Shown here in pieces: positions 52,863-64,000 of a DNA stretch of 64,000 bases. The first letter of the stretch is position 1, and the number at the start of each line of letters is the position of its first letter. The DNA is taken from NCBI GenBank assembly GCA_021613535.1, contig CP075495.1, forward strand, positions 3,410,001-3,474,000. Direction: 5' to 3'. Under the pieces are notes generated by a model that was not told the DNA's origin, did no database searches, and worked only from the letters and a program-made list of their open reading frames with translations. Source of the DNA: Adineta vaga. Lineage: Eukaryota > Animalia > Rotifera. A program made the translations under genes and the position numbers.

Positions 52863-54107
52863 TGGTGTATTGTAGATTCTTTGAATTTTATTTTATATTA
52901 TGGATGTCGTTGAAAAATAAAATATTGACAAAGAAAAAAAAAGAAAAATGACGAGAATGAATGGAAGATAAAACTTCTGTTTGAAACTCTTTGTGGATGA
53001 GAAATGAATCTATGCGTGTTTTATTCAAATACAGAACAACACAAAACAGACGTTCGTATACGAGAGAGTATATCTTAGAGAAAAAGAAAGAAAAAAAAGA
53101 ATGAAGGAGACATTTATTATCAACACACAATCGTTTGCGTTCGATATACTCGACGTTCTCTTCAAGAAAAATGTTTAGACATTTCAAGTAGTTTTGACAT
53201 GAGCAACGGAAAAGAAAATTGAATATGTTTCCGATTGTTGTTATTGTTATTGTGAAAGAATAATTCTATTGTTGAAAAAGATTATTCAGAGAAAAATCTT
53301 TTCTTGATGAAGAAATTTAAAAGAAAAAAAAGAACCTTCTCCGACACATCTTCATTTCCTTTTCTTCTATAGAAAACGTGTCGTTCATGATGACGGATAA
53401 TACTTCGAAGATAAGTGCGGCATAAATGCGGAAGAAAAGAGAGAATGGCTGTTATTTGCAATCAGTATTTGATATGATTAGATTGAAAATGAGAAAAACT
53501 TGAAGTATATAGATATCCGTATCAAATAGATCGAATTAATCCTGCATGAAATTCAAATCAGACTTCTTTTTTGACTTTTAAAAGAAGAAAAAACGTTTTC
53601 TTTCTTTCTTTCTTTCTAATGGAAACATTGACGTAATTTTATACATTCAACAATCAAAATTCCATTAAAATATGACAAATATTCATCAGAGAAGAAAGAA
53701 TGTATTTATTATTCACATAGGTCAAATGTAGTTTATTTTACAAACAGTATTCTTTGCCCGTTTATATGTAAAATAGATTGAAGTATACTTTGCTTTGTTT
53801 TCATTTCTTCAAGTTAATGGATTTGTAAACAAAATGAAATACATCTCTTCAGCACTAATTCATTCTTACGTTAGTTGAAGAATGTGCATTGTACATCCTC
53901 ATCACCAGAATAATATCTCTATGAATAGCCTCTATTCAAAAGAAATTTTCATAGATGTCAGTATCATTATTCTTTATAGTGGTAAAATATTGTCTTATCC
54001 AACCGATGATTTACTAATCTATTGATTGGTTGTTTCTTCTGTTTAATAAAACTTCGATAGGAAAAAGAAAAAATCACAGTTAAATTAAATATTCGTAAAA
54101 CTACACA

Positions 54108-54746
54108 ATGGCATCGGAATCGACAATTATGAATGGTCTCGATCATCAAATTGAATCGTCTTCAACAAATGAAGAAAATCATTCATGTGACGATCAAGAA
54201 AATCAATCGACAAGCAAATTAGATAATGATAAAGAATTAATTTTAAAACTTGATCATCTTCTACTTGATGAAAAAAATGATCCTGACATTTATTTTCATT
54301 CGTATCAATCGGAAAAAGAAATGTCTTCAATCATGTCATTAATCAGTGGAACATTATCGGAACCTTATTCGATCTATACATATCGTTATTTCATACATAA
54401 TTGGCCGGATTTATGTTTTCTATGTTCAAATCGAGAAACAAACGAATTAATTGGTTCAATTGTTTCTAAATTAGATATTCATAAGAAAGTTTTACGTCGT
54501 GGTTATATTGCGATGTTAGCTATCAATAAAGAATATCGACGAAAGAAAATTGCTTCGAAACTCGTTCTTATGAGTATACGAGAAATGATACGACGTGGTT
54601 GTGATGAAATTGTTCTCGAAGCTGAAGTGACCAATGATGCGGCATTAAATCTTTATGAGAATTTAGGATTTCTTCGTGAAAAACGTTTATATCGATATTA
54701 TTTAAATGGTGTTGATGCTTATAGACTAAAACTTTGGTTAAAATGA
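54108..54746 (+). CDS. NAA30: N-alpha-acetyltransferase 30 (NatC catalytic subunit), intronless
   Basis: [70 protein letters not shown]. Confidence 0.96.
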   Translation: MASESTIMNGLDHQIESSSTNEENHSCDDQENQSTSKLDNDKELILKLDHLLLDEKNDPDIYFHSYQSEKEMSSIMSLISGTLSEPYSIYTYRYFIHNWPDLCFLCSNRETNELIGSIVSKLDIHKKVLRRGYIAMLAINKEYRRKKIASKLVLMSIREMIRRGCDEIVLEAEVTNDAALNLYENLGFLREKRLYRYYLNGVDAYRLKLWLK

Positions 54747-55385
54747 AGCGAAAACAGAAAAGAAAACAACTTTCGTCAGATGTTTCGTTTCGTCAATAAA
54801 CTAGACACCGAAACCAACGTGATTATCATCTTTTACACTGATTGATGAAGAAAAATTCATCTCGAATTGTAAACATTGTTTGCGTTATTATTATTATTTT
54901 CTAATATAACTTCCTATCTAATTTATTTGTCTTTTGTTTTAATGATTAGAAATTGATTAATTTTTTCTATGTAACTCAGGACTTTTTTTTTCTCATCATT
55001 TTAGAATAATTCTTAAGAAAAAACATCTGATTATTCAATTGATTCATTCAGGTAAATTGCATTTCTTTATTTCTTTCTTTGGATATTCTTAAGATGCGAA
55101 AGTTTATTCTCGTACTTATCTATTTGATGAAGTAATAGCATTAATAGATGTTGACATATCTGTATTTTGATAGCGAAACTATTTTAAGATATGATTAAAG
55201 TTGACATCTTGAAAGAACAGATGTGAATTGTTTTTGATTGTCGAAGATAATTGAGAAAATCTTTTGCGTTGTTCAAAATCCTTTCTGTCGATTGAAATAA
55301 TTTCTATATGTTCTTATCCGTTTGATTAATCAATACTCTTATTTATATCAAAACAACAAGAAAAAAGAAGAAAACAAAATGAAAA

Positions 55386-58300
55386 CTATACAAGAACACT
55401 AAGTGAACAAAGTTGACACTGTTCGGGATTAGTTATTGTTGTCATATTTGTCGATGTAGATGTTGGTGGTGAATTTGTATCAACATGTAATGGACGACAA
55501 GTTCGATAATTATTTGATAGCCTGTGAGAATGAAAATCATCATTTAAAATTTCCTGATATATGTGATAATTTTGTCCGTGAGGAAAATTTGAACTAGTAT
55601 CAGTTGATGATGAGCCACTACTATGATAATGTGTTGGACATGTACATTGAGTAGAAAGACTGGGTTGATAACTAATGGGTCTTGCATGTTGATGATGTCG
55701 ATGAAGAGAATGTTGTTGTTGTGCTAATGTTAATGGTCCCGGTGGTGATAACCATGGAATAGTATTTGTAGGTGTTGGTCGTACTAAAAGTGTTTCACTT
55801 TTTGAATCATTTGCTTGATGATAGTTTGATGTATGTTTATAACAAAAGAATAATTGTGGACAACGTGTAATGATTAAAATAGCGAGAATGAGAAGAAAAA
55901 ATACGAATATAATACCAAATATTGAACCAATTAAAATACTTTTTGTTGGTTCAGTCATATACCATATTTGTTTGGAATCATTGATAAGTGAAGATTTAAT
56001 CATTTGTGGTGGTAGATCAGTTGTTGGAAAATGTATTTGTTTACAAAATTTTTCATAATCAATTTTTCTCAAAAGAAATAAACATATTTCACCACGTTGA
56101 ATATAATCAATTGTATAATTACGTTGTAAAACATCGAGTAAATCACTCATTTTATAAACAGGAGAATTTGAACTAATTTTAAAACCATGTAATTCATGAT
56201 TTTTATAATATATTCGACGAAAATTATCATTGGAATTGTCATCATTTAATAATGGATATAATTCCCATTGAATAAGTAATTGTGATCGATCATTTGTTGG
56301 TGTGATTATTAAATCTGATATACGAATTCTTTCAATAATTACTTCTTCAGTTATTGTTAATGTTGTTGTTGTTGTGGATGTTGATTGTTGATCATGCGTA
56401 TCTTCAATTAATTCTTCAATACTAAAATAAATAAGATTTTCATTAATAATCCTAAATGGAAAAATTCTTTTCTTCTCTATGATAATTACATCTTTGTTAA
56501 TGACACTTAACTCAAGGAAATCTAACATTTACTCGAGAAGGTCAAATAATAACTAAGAAGAGAAAGAATTTCGAATACTAAACTTACAAATTATCAGTTG
56601 TTAGTTTTGATATTTCACTCGTTGTTTCTAATACTGTTTTAATCAAAGAAGAACATTGTGATAAAGTTAGAGAACTACATGGTAATTGTTCATTTGGTAA
56701 ATCGATAAGATTTATATTACGACGTTCAGGTGGTGATTGACATTGACCAGTAACTTTTGCTTTTGAACGAAAAATTTCTTGAAGATTTCGTCCAAAATGA
56801 CAATCACAATGTAATGGATTTTGATCAAATTCTAATGTTTGTAATAATTGATAATAATTTACAATCGATTGATCAATTGTACATATTTGATTACGTCGAA
56901 GTGATAAACTTTGTAATGTTTCATTAAGATTGCTTAAAAATGGAATTGTTGTTAAACTATTATTAGTTAAATCTATTTAAATAAACAAATATTTATATAT
57001 ACATATGTCAAAGAAGATCTTTATCTTTACCAAGAAATTGTAAATGTGTATTTCGAAAGGCATTAATATCGATCGTTTGAATTTGATTATCACGTAACTG
57101 AAGTCGTTCAAGAAGAGGTAAATTAGCAAATGTTTTCTTTTCAATTTGTCGACTAAGAAAATTTCCATCTAAATTCAATTGTTTTAATTTCGGTGCATTC
57201 AATGATGAAATTAATGCTAGATGATTTCGATCAAGTTCAAGAATTTCTAATGATGGAAATATACTATTGATTGTTGATGACCATTGTGTTAATCGATTTG
57301 ATGAAAGATATAATTTTTCTAAATGTCCAAGTCGTGTTAATATCGATAGATTAATATAATTTAATCGATTATTTTTTAATGATAAAATTTTTAAATTCAA
57401 TGGTAAATATAATTGATTAATTGATTCAAGACGATTATAATCAAAATAGAATTCACGTAAATAATATAAATGTATAAGAAATGTTAAATGTTTTTCCGTT
57501 ACTAATTCATTATTACGAAGATTTAATATTTCAAGTTGAGAAGAAATTAATTCAAATATATGCTCATCAATTGTTTCAATACCTAAATAGAAAGGATTAT
57601 TGATATTTGATCGAGATATAGACAAAAGAAAAGAGAATGTCCTTCGCAAACTTCTTGATATTCATTTACTATTCGTTGTTATTTCGACATTCAGAAATCA
57701 ATTTATTTATCTTAACTCGATCGATTATCTTAAACAGGAAATGTCTATTGCTTTCGGATATGTAAATCAATGTTTTGTTTTGTTTTTTTGAAGAGTTTTC
57801 GACAAAAATCATCAATAGTATATTTACCATTATAGGATAAATCAAGTTCAATTAAGGAATTTGATGGATGAAATGTTGTTGTTGATAATGATCGATGTAT
57901 ATTTAAATGACGAATCTTATTTTTACTTAGATTTAAAATTTTTAATTTTTTTAATGATAAAATTAAAGGAATATTGAAATATTCGAAACGATTTTCTGAT
58001 AGATCTAATCGTTCTAAATTTGGAAAGAGATTCATAAATGTTTCAATATCATCGATTTGATTTATTGAACAAGATTGTAAGGATAATTGTGTTAATTTTC
58101 TTGATGTTAATATAGATTTTGTTGTTGTTGTAATATTAAATGAATTCGATAGATCAAATGAACGTAATAGTAAACGTTTTAAATTAGGTAATTCAGATAG
58201 AATTTGTAAGAATGTTGTTGTTGTTAATTGTGATGAAAATATTGTTGTTGAGAATATGAATTCTTCTAAATAATTTGATAAATCACTAAAAGCATGGCTT

Positions 58301-58655
58301 TCAATTGATTGAATTGGATTAGATTGAAATTCAAGTTTACGTAATTTCAAACCATTAAAAGCATTTTTATGTACAATTGATATACGATTACCGGATAAGA
58401 CAAGTTCATCAAAAATGATATTGCCTTGAGAAAGAGAAAAGGAAAATCCTGATTGAAATCTCGTACGTATCCGAATAACTTACTATTATTGAAACGAGGA
58501 ATATCAATTAGTTGTTTTCGAGCACAGTAAATATACACACGACCATTTTCAGTTATTGCGCATCGACATTTAGATTGAATATCAAATGGAATTGGACAAG
58601 TTAAAATTGGAATAATTAAAATAAATAAGAAGTTATAAATATGTCGAATAAACAT
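55386..58655 (-). CDS. Leucine-rich-repeat single-pass membrane protein (signal peptide, LRRNT, many LRRs, LRRCT, FN3-like region, TM, tail); multi-exon
   Basis: CPIP...CRC...IYC N-cap, repeated LxxLxLxxN, FDQNPLHCDC...CQSP C-cap, TM helix ILIGSIFGIIFVFFLLILAILII. Confidence 0.88.
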
Positions 58656-61600
58656 GATTATCTACAAAATGACATGTATCAAGTGTAATGAACGAGAAGA
58701 GAATGAAAGAGAAAAAAAAATTTCTGATTGTTCAAGGATTTTTCTTTCTTTCTGTCTCTTTTGTTGTATATCTCAACTGATGTTTATTACAGTGTACTTA
58801 ATGTTGTCATATCCTGTTCATCCCTTAGTTGCTAGTGTAGTATATATATATATATATATTTTCTCTCTCTCTCCTCCCCCTATTCGTTACGTGTTCGCTA
58901 CTGATTATGAAACAAGCAGTCGTTGTTAAGAGTGCTTATTTGCATTAGCGATAGATGGATTTTGACACCCCCAGCCTTGGCGGTATGAGCTTGTTACTGA
59001 TCTCGTTGTGCTATGCTCGAGAGACTTGTCACAGAACGATTGTTTCAGAAATCGAAGATGACAGTACCTTTATTAAAGTGGACGTACACGCGCGTGTATG
59101 AACGTTGTGATTGTGTTCAATTAGAACGATAATGAATAATTCACTATCATATATAAACGAAAGAGAAAGAGAAACAGAGGAGAGGGAGAGTGACGCGCGT
59201 GAGTTAATGCGCAATGTCCATCAAACTGAGTAAACGGTCAGCGAATGGTTATGTCATATACACTTGAATAGATAAGCATGCATATACTCAGACGAAAACT
59301 AGAGTTTGTCCCTCTAATTATTCAAAGGGAAACGAAGAAAACTAACAATTATTTCTTTCTCTTTCTTCCCAAGAAAAAAAATGACAGATAAATCTTTGTC
59401 GATGACATCTTTCTATATTGTGGTCAAGTGATTTTCTTTTTTTTCTTCTCTTCTTGTTACTGAACAAGAATGTGTCGATTAATGATGACACTTTCGTGTG
59501 AAACGGAAGAAATGCTCGCGCATATATCTGTATAAATATATACATTCCGAATGTCATTACGTGTAGAGAAGAAGAAGAAGAAGAAGCAGCATCTTTATTT
59601 TCTCTCTAGGGAAACAAGACGAAGAAACAGCTGGAAATCAACTAAACTCATCTTGATGCTGATGACGTCCGATTCACTAGAGAGAGAGAGAGGGAGAGAG
59701 AGGGAGAGAGAGAAAAGAAGTATGTTATTCGTTGATATTATTATTCTTCAATTACTTCTCTCTCTTACTTCATAGATGATCGTTTTACACTAATGTAATA
59801 TCTAATCTTTTCAACATTTAGTCAGTGAACCGTTACAGAAAAGTATTTTAGTTTAAATGAAGGTTTCATATTGAACAATAGTGTATTAGATGTGATATTT
59901 AGTAAAAAAGAAAAGAGAAAAAAACTTGTTCTGCTTCTAATTTGCTTAATCATGATTCGTCATGACATACTGTCTAGAGATTACAATACAAGAAGAAAAA
60001 GTATATATACATATACATATATTCGAATTAATCAATAATGAAGGTTCCTTCTTTGTTTCTCTATCATTGCGTATCACACAAGGAGATTGTTAAGATGAAA
60101 TATTTACATACTGTATCTGCATATCCTGCTGTTACGCCAAGTATGCAGTCGTCGAAGACCACTCATAGTCAATCAGTGACAAGTGCCTGCCGTGTGTGTA
60201 TATATGTATGTCTATATAAGAATACATAAGGTGGTCATTTGAGTAAAGGTTGCATCACATTAATCGAACTTAACAATGATAAAGCGTTGAAAGTGTGAAT
60301 GAATGAAGAGATACTTAGACATGTATTCTATGTATATAAAAATTCTTGGAAGAAAAATATAATCGGAAAACAATGTTTTTCATTATCACTGCATGCATTT
60401 CTACTTTGTTTTCTATTCAATTAACTGAAAATGCATGTTTCTTTTCTTTTACATGCATACACTTTACTTACCTCTATTGTCATTTGACAGAAGAAAGTAT
60501 TTCCGTTAATGTTGACATGTGATGATCTATGTGAATGTATGTATGTGAGAAGTGCAAATGACGTTAGTCATTTATTCATTCATTCATTTCCTTTTAATAA
60601 TCATGGTAATAGAAATTAACATGCACTTCGATACCATTGGATTGTCTAGCCAAATGTAGATTTTTCCAATAAATAAAAAAAGAAAACGACGCAATGTGAG
60701 AAGATGACTAACTCCTATCCGTCTTCTAATTAAATTGAAAGAGAGAGAGGAGAAGACTCTTTAATCCTCCCTTTACATTCTTTTCGACGAAAGTTATTGG
60801 ATACGCGATAAATACTGAGATATATATGAAAAAAAAATGAAGTCGGTCAGTTTCGATTTAATGAAGTATAGCAAGATATGTCTATATAGATAAAGAAACG
60901 AAAAAAAGGAGGACAACAAATATTCAATATATATATATACATAAATGTATATGTACAGAAATGAAAATTATAGTACACGTGTGTCGTCCTCAATTCTTTC
61001 GAGTAGAGAAATAATCAATAACCTTCTTTAATATACATACCTATCATATCGATCGGTCAACATATTGGTTTATTTGGTTCTTTCTTTCTTTCCTTCCTTC
61101 TTTCATCTAGTCCTTGATTTCAAATAGGTTTTTCATTGACTATGATTACAGTAGTTTAATCGACAAGCAAAGTACAATATATGCATTGTCTTATTTCTAT
61201 AGAACCGTTCAATGTATTTAACGTTTTTTTTCTCATACTCATACATACAATCGTTCCGTCTTTCTTTCTTTCTTTCTCAATGATGCGCGCAATCTGTTTC
61301 AACTATGACTACTTTTACTTTCAAGTTTTTCTTTTGTTGTTATTGTCTCATGTACGATTTGATTATTATTTTTTTATTTCATATACTAATAGCTATCGTT
61401 CAAAAGAAAAAAAAAGAGACGAAGGAGGGAGTTGACAATTGTGTCTTAAATACACACACATATATGTGTTCAAACATAATGAAGATTGCCTAATTATCAA
61501 TTTCTTTTCTTTTCTTTATACATTGCAACCATTACACATTTTTGATGACGTGTGAAACGGCATACGGTTCATTAGATGAAATCTTAAAAGAAAATGCATC

Positions 61601-63358
61601 AACTGACCTTCACATTTGGAGACTATTTTCTTTCTCAATGTTTATATTTATAAATAAGAGAAAGTTTCTAATTGTAAGCATATACAGAATCACACAATGT
61701 ATTCATCTCTATATGATCATCTTCTCATTATGATTAAAAGCACGTTTAGACGATTCAATGTTAACTTTTTTTCTTCTTCTTCTTCAGTGTAAAAGAAAAT
61801 GAGAAAAGATGTTGCACACTAAAGTATACTAATTTGCATCGATTAGAAACTTCTTGAGACGTTCGATTCACATATAAATAGCAGCAACTTGCCTAAACGA
61901 TCTGTTGCCATCACCTTCTATTCATAATTGCTCAATCGATATCTCTCCTTGTATTTTAATCCTTCTCTCTAATATTCGCCCTAAAGAATCAAAGTAATCA
62001 CAAGACGTTTTCACTCGAAAAGAAAAGAAAAACTTATGGCGGTCTTCTATAACAGATGTGTACGTGCGTTCGATTACTCAATTCTACTCATCTGTTTTGT
62101 CAACAGACAATTTTTAAGTAGACCGATAAACTTTCTTTGAAACATTGAAATAACAGAGAATGGATCAAAATCAATTTAGCTTCTATAGAGATTTGATTCT
62201 TTTGAACATTTTCTCTGTTTCTCTACAATCGAAAAGTAAACAGATTCGGTTTCGATTTCACACATTCGTGTAAATTGCAAGCCGACACTCAGATAGGAAA
62301 AAGAAAATATTCACCCTTATATTTGTATATTCAAAACTATCAAAGAAAGTATCTTGTGTTTATATACAGATCTATTACAAATAATTCATCCTGATGATGA
62401 TGATGATGATGATGATAATTACAAGAAAATCAAAGTCGTCTTACTTTTACAAAATGCTTATATATAGATATTTACATGTCGTCGAGGTGAAAATGTCTGT
62501 CTTTCAGTTTTCTTTTTCTGATGTGTTATTTGCTTATATAACGCCGACGAATATCAAATAGAATATAGACGGAGGAGGAAAAGAAAGGAGATTCGGCTCG
62601 TCATAGACAAATTAATCGACACATTCAATTGTTTTTAGAGTTCTTTTTCTGTCCGATGTTAAAGACAAATAATTTCTCTCCTTTTTTTTTCTTCTTTATC
62701 CGATTCAAAGAGTAGTTGACCGAAATGAACACTTGATTTCTTCTTTTTCTAAGGTTTGCGTCATATATATATACACAAACTTATAAGTTGACATATAGTC
62801 GCTACTTGAGACATACAATTGTACACACGCAATCTAATATATTTATGTATGTATATCTTTCTATTTGTCGGATTTATTAAAAATTTAAAAGTAGGAAAAT
62901 CTTTTTCTTCTTCTTCTTCTTCTCGTTTCAACAAAAGCACTTGGAATCAATTATTAGAAAAGAAAATAAAGTAGCAAGAAAAGAATTAAAAAAAAGAGGT
63001 CAATATATTATTCGTTCGATTCTAATCTTTCTATTGTTTTATGAACTTACTTTTCTCAAGAGTTTACGAGTCTTAATGAATGCATCAGTAAGGATGGTTG
63101 GATTCATCGTCAAAGAAAAGAACGATAAGTATGCATCGAGTGTACACACGTCAAATCGAATGCCGTTCATTCATCGTTTGTTTCTTCAATCTGATCGATG
63201 AATAGAGAAGTGCATATACAACTGATTAGATGTATTCGCGTTCAGCTTGTTTTACATCTCCATATCTCATTAAATTTGAATATATCAAAATAAAGAGCAA
63301 AAAAGAAAAACGTTAGTGTTTTTGTTTTTAGGCAAGACAAAAGAAGAACCCGAAGACA

Positions 63359-64000
63359 ATGCCTAAACGAAAAGCCACTATGCCAAAAATAGATAAACGT
63401 GAAAAGAAAACGAGTGAATCTGATAATAATACAAGTGAAAAAGAAGATGATATCAATGAGAAACAAAAGAATAAATTAGCAAACAAAATAGCAAATACAG
63501 AAACAAATACAAATATTATCGATTATTTTAGTATTACACCTCTTTTATCAGCTATTGATCATGTACGAAAAAATGTTTGTACGAATGTGAATGATTTTCA
63601 TTTTAATAAAACACGTGTTCGTCCAATGAATCAGATTAATTACATTCCACAAGATTCACAAACAATACTCTATTGGATGTCACGTGATCAACGTGTTCAA
63701 GATAATTGGGCCATGCTCTATGCTCAACGATTAGCATTAAAACAACAACTACCATTACATGTTGCTTTTTGTTTAGTACCAACATTTTTAGCGGCACCTC
63801 TACGTGCCTATCGTTTTATGTTGAAAGGTTTACGAGAAGTAGAAAAAGAATGTCAACAATTAAATATTATATTTCATTTATTAACTGGACAAGCAGAAAA
63901 TGTTTTACCGAAATTTGTCGAAAAATTTAAAGTTGGAACAATTGTGACTGATTTTTCACCTTTACGTGTACCACGACAATGGGTAGAGAATGTTTCGAAA
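63359..64000 (+). CDS. phr: Class II CPD photolyase, 5' part (runs off the window); not in ORF track
   Basis: Open frame [10 protein letters not shown]...FNKTRVR...[37 protein letters not shown]...[15 protein letters not shown]...[14 protein letters not shown]. Confidence 0.94.
   Translation, partial: MPKRKATMPKIDKREKKTSESDNNTSEKEDDINEKQKNKLANKIANTETNTNIIDYFSITPLLSAIDHVRKNVCTNVNDFHFNKTRVRPMNQINYIPQDSQTILYWMSRDQRVQDNWAMLYAQRLALKQQLPLHVAFCLVPTFLAAPLRAYRFMLKGLREVEKECQQLNIIFHLLTGQAENVLPKFVEKFKVGTIVTDFSPLRVPRQWVENVSK

Noticed and set aside
58654-63201. Short ORFs and (GA)n/(TA)n/(GAT)n runs in the LRR-photolyase intergenic region
   Set aside because: These are simple-sequence artefacts, with no regular repeat-spacer array, tRNA or recognisable protein.
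617-64000. Apparent NAD+/chromatin/DNA-repair 'cluster' (nicotinamidase, sirtuin, BRPF, JmjC, RFC1, photolyase)
   Set aside because: The genes are spread over 64 kb among unrelated housekeeping genes, so there is no evidence of functional clustering beyond chance.

Overview
AT-rich, gene-dense eukaryotic (metazoan) DNA with many short (about 50-65 nt) GT-AG introns. This architecture and gene content suggest a bdelloid rotifer (inference, not verified). I reconstructed about 23 protein-coding genes by joining ORF-track pieces across introns. In order: a signal-peptide nicotinamidase, a Fuseless-like membrane protein, a BRPF/peregrin-like PZP-bromodomain protein, a CNBP-like zinc-knuckle protein, an intronless GT-A-like ORF, an orphan ORF, ALG10, an HR96/NR1J nuclear receptor, a SIRT6/7-class sirtuin, hexosaminidase D with an antisense ATG8 gene nested in an intron, a KDM4-like JmjN/JmjC-RRM-RRM fusion, a papain-family protein, a small orphan, a cystine-knot peptide precursor, a protocadherin, RFC1, acylphosphatase, ACSL, a roadblock dynein light chain, NAA30, an LRR transmembrane protein and the 5' part of a class II CPD photolyase. 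The most unusual cluster is 29-35.6 kb. It holds (i) a KDM4-derived JmjC domain that has lost all three Fe(II) ligands and is spliced in frame to two RRMs, a candidate RNA-binding pseudo-demethylase, (ii) a convergent secreted cathepsin-L-like protein lacking the catalytic Cys, (iii) a MITE-like inverted repeat and (iv) a toxin-like C-C-CC-C-C prepropeptide. No rRNA, tRNA, CRISPR array or autonomous transposon was recognised. All family assignments come from motif recognition by eye, with no database search.
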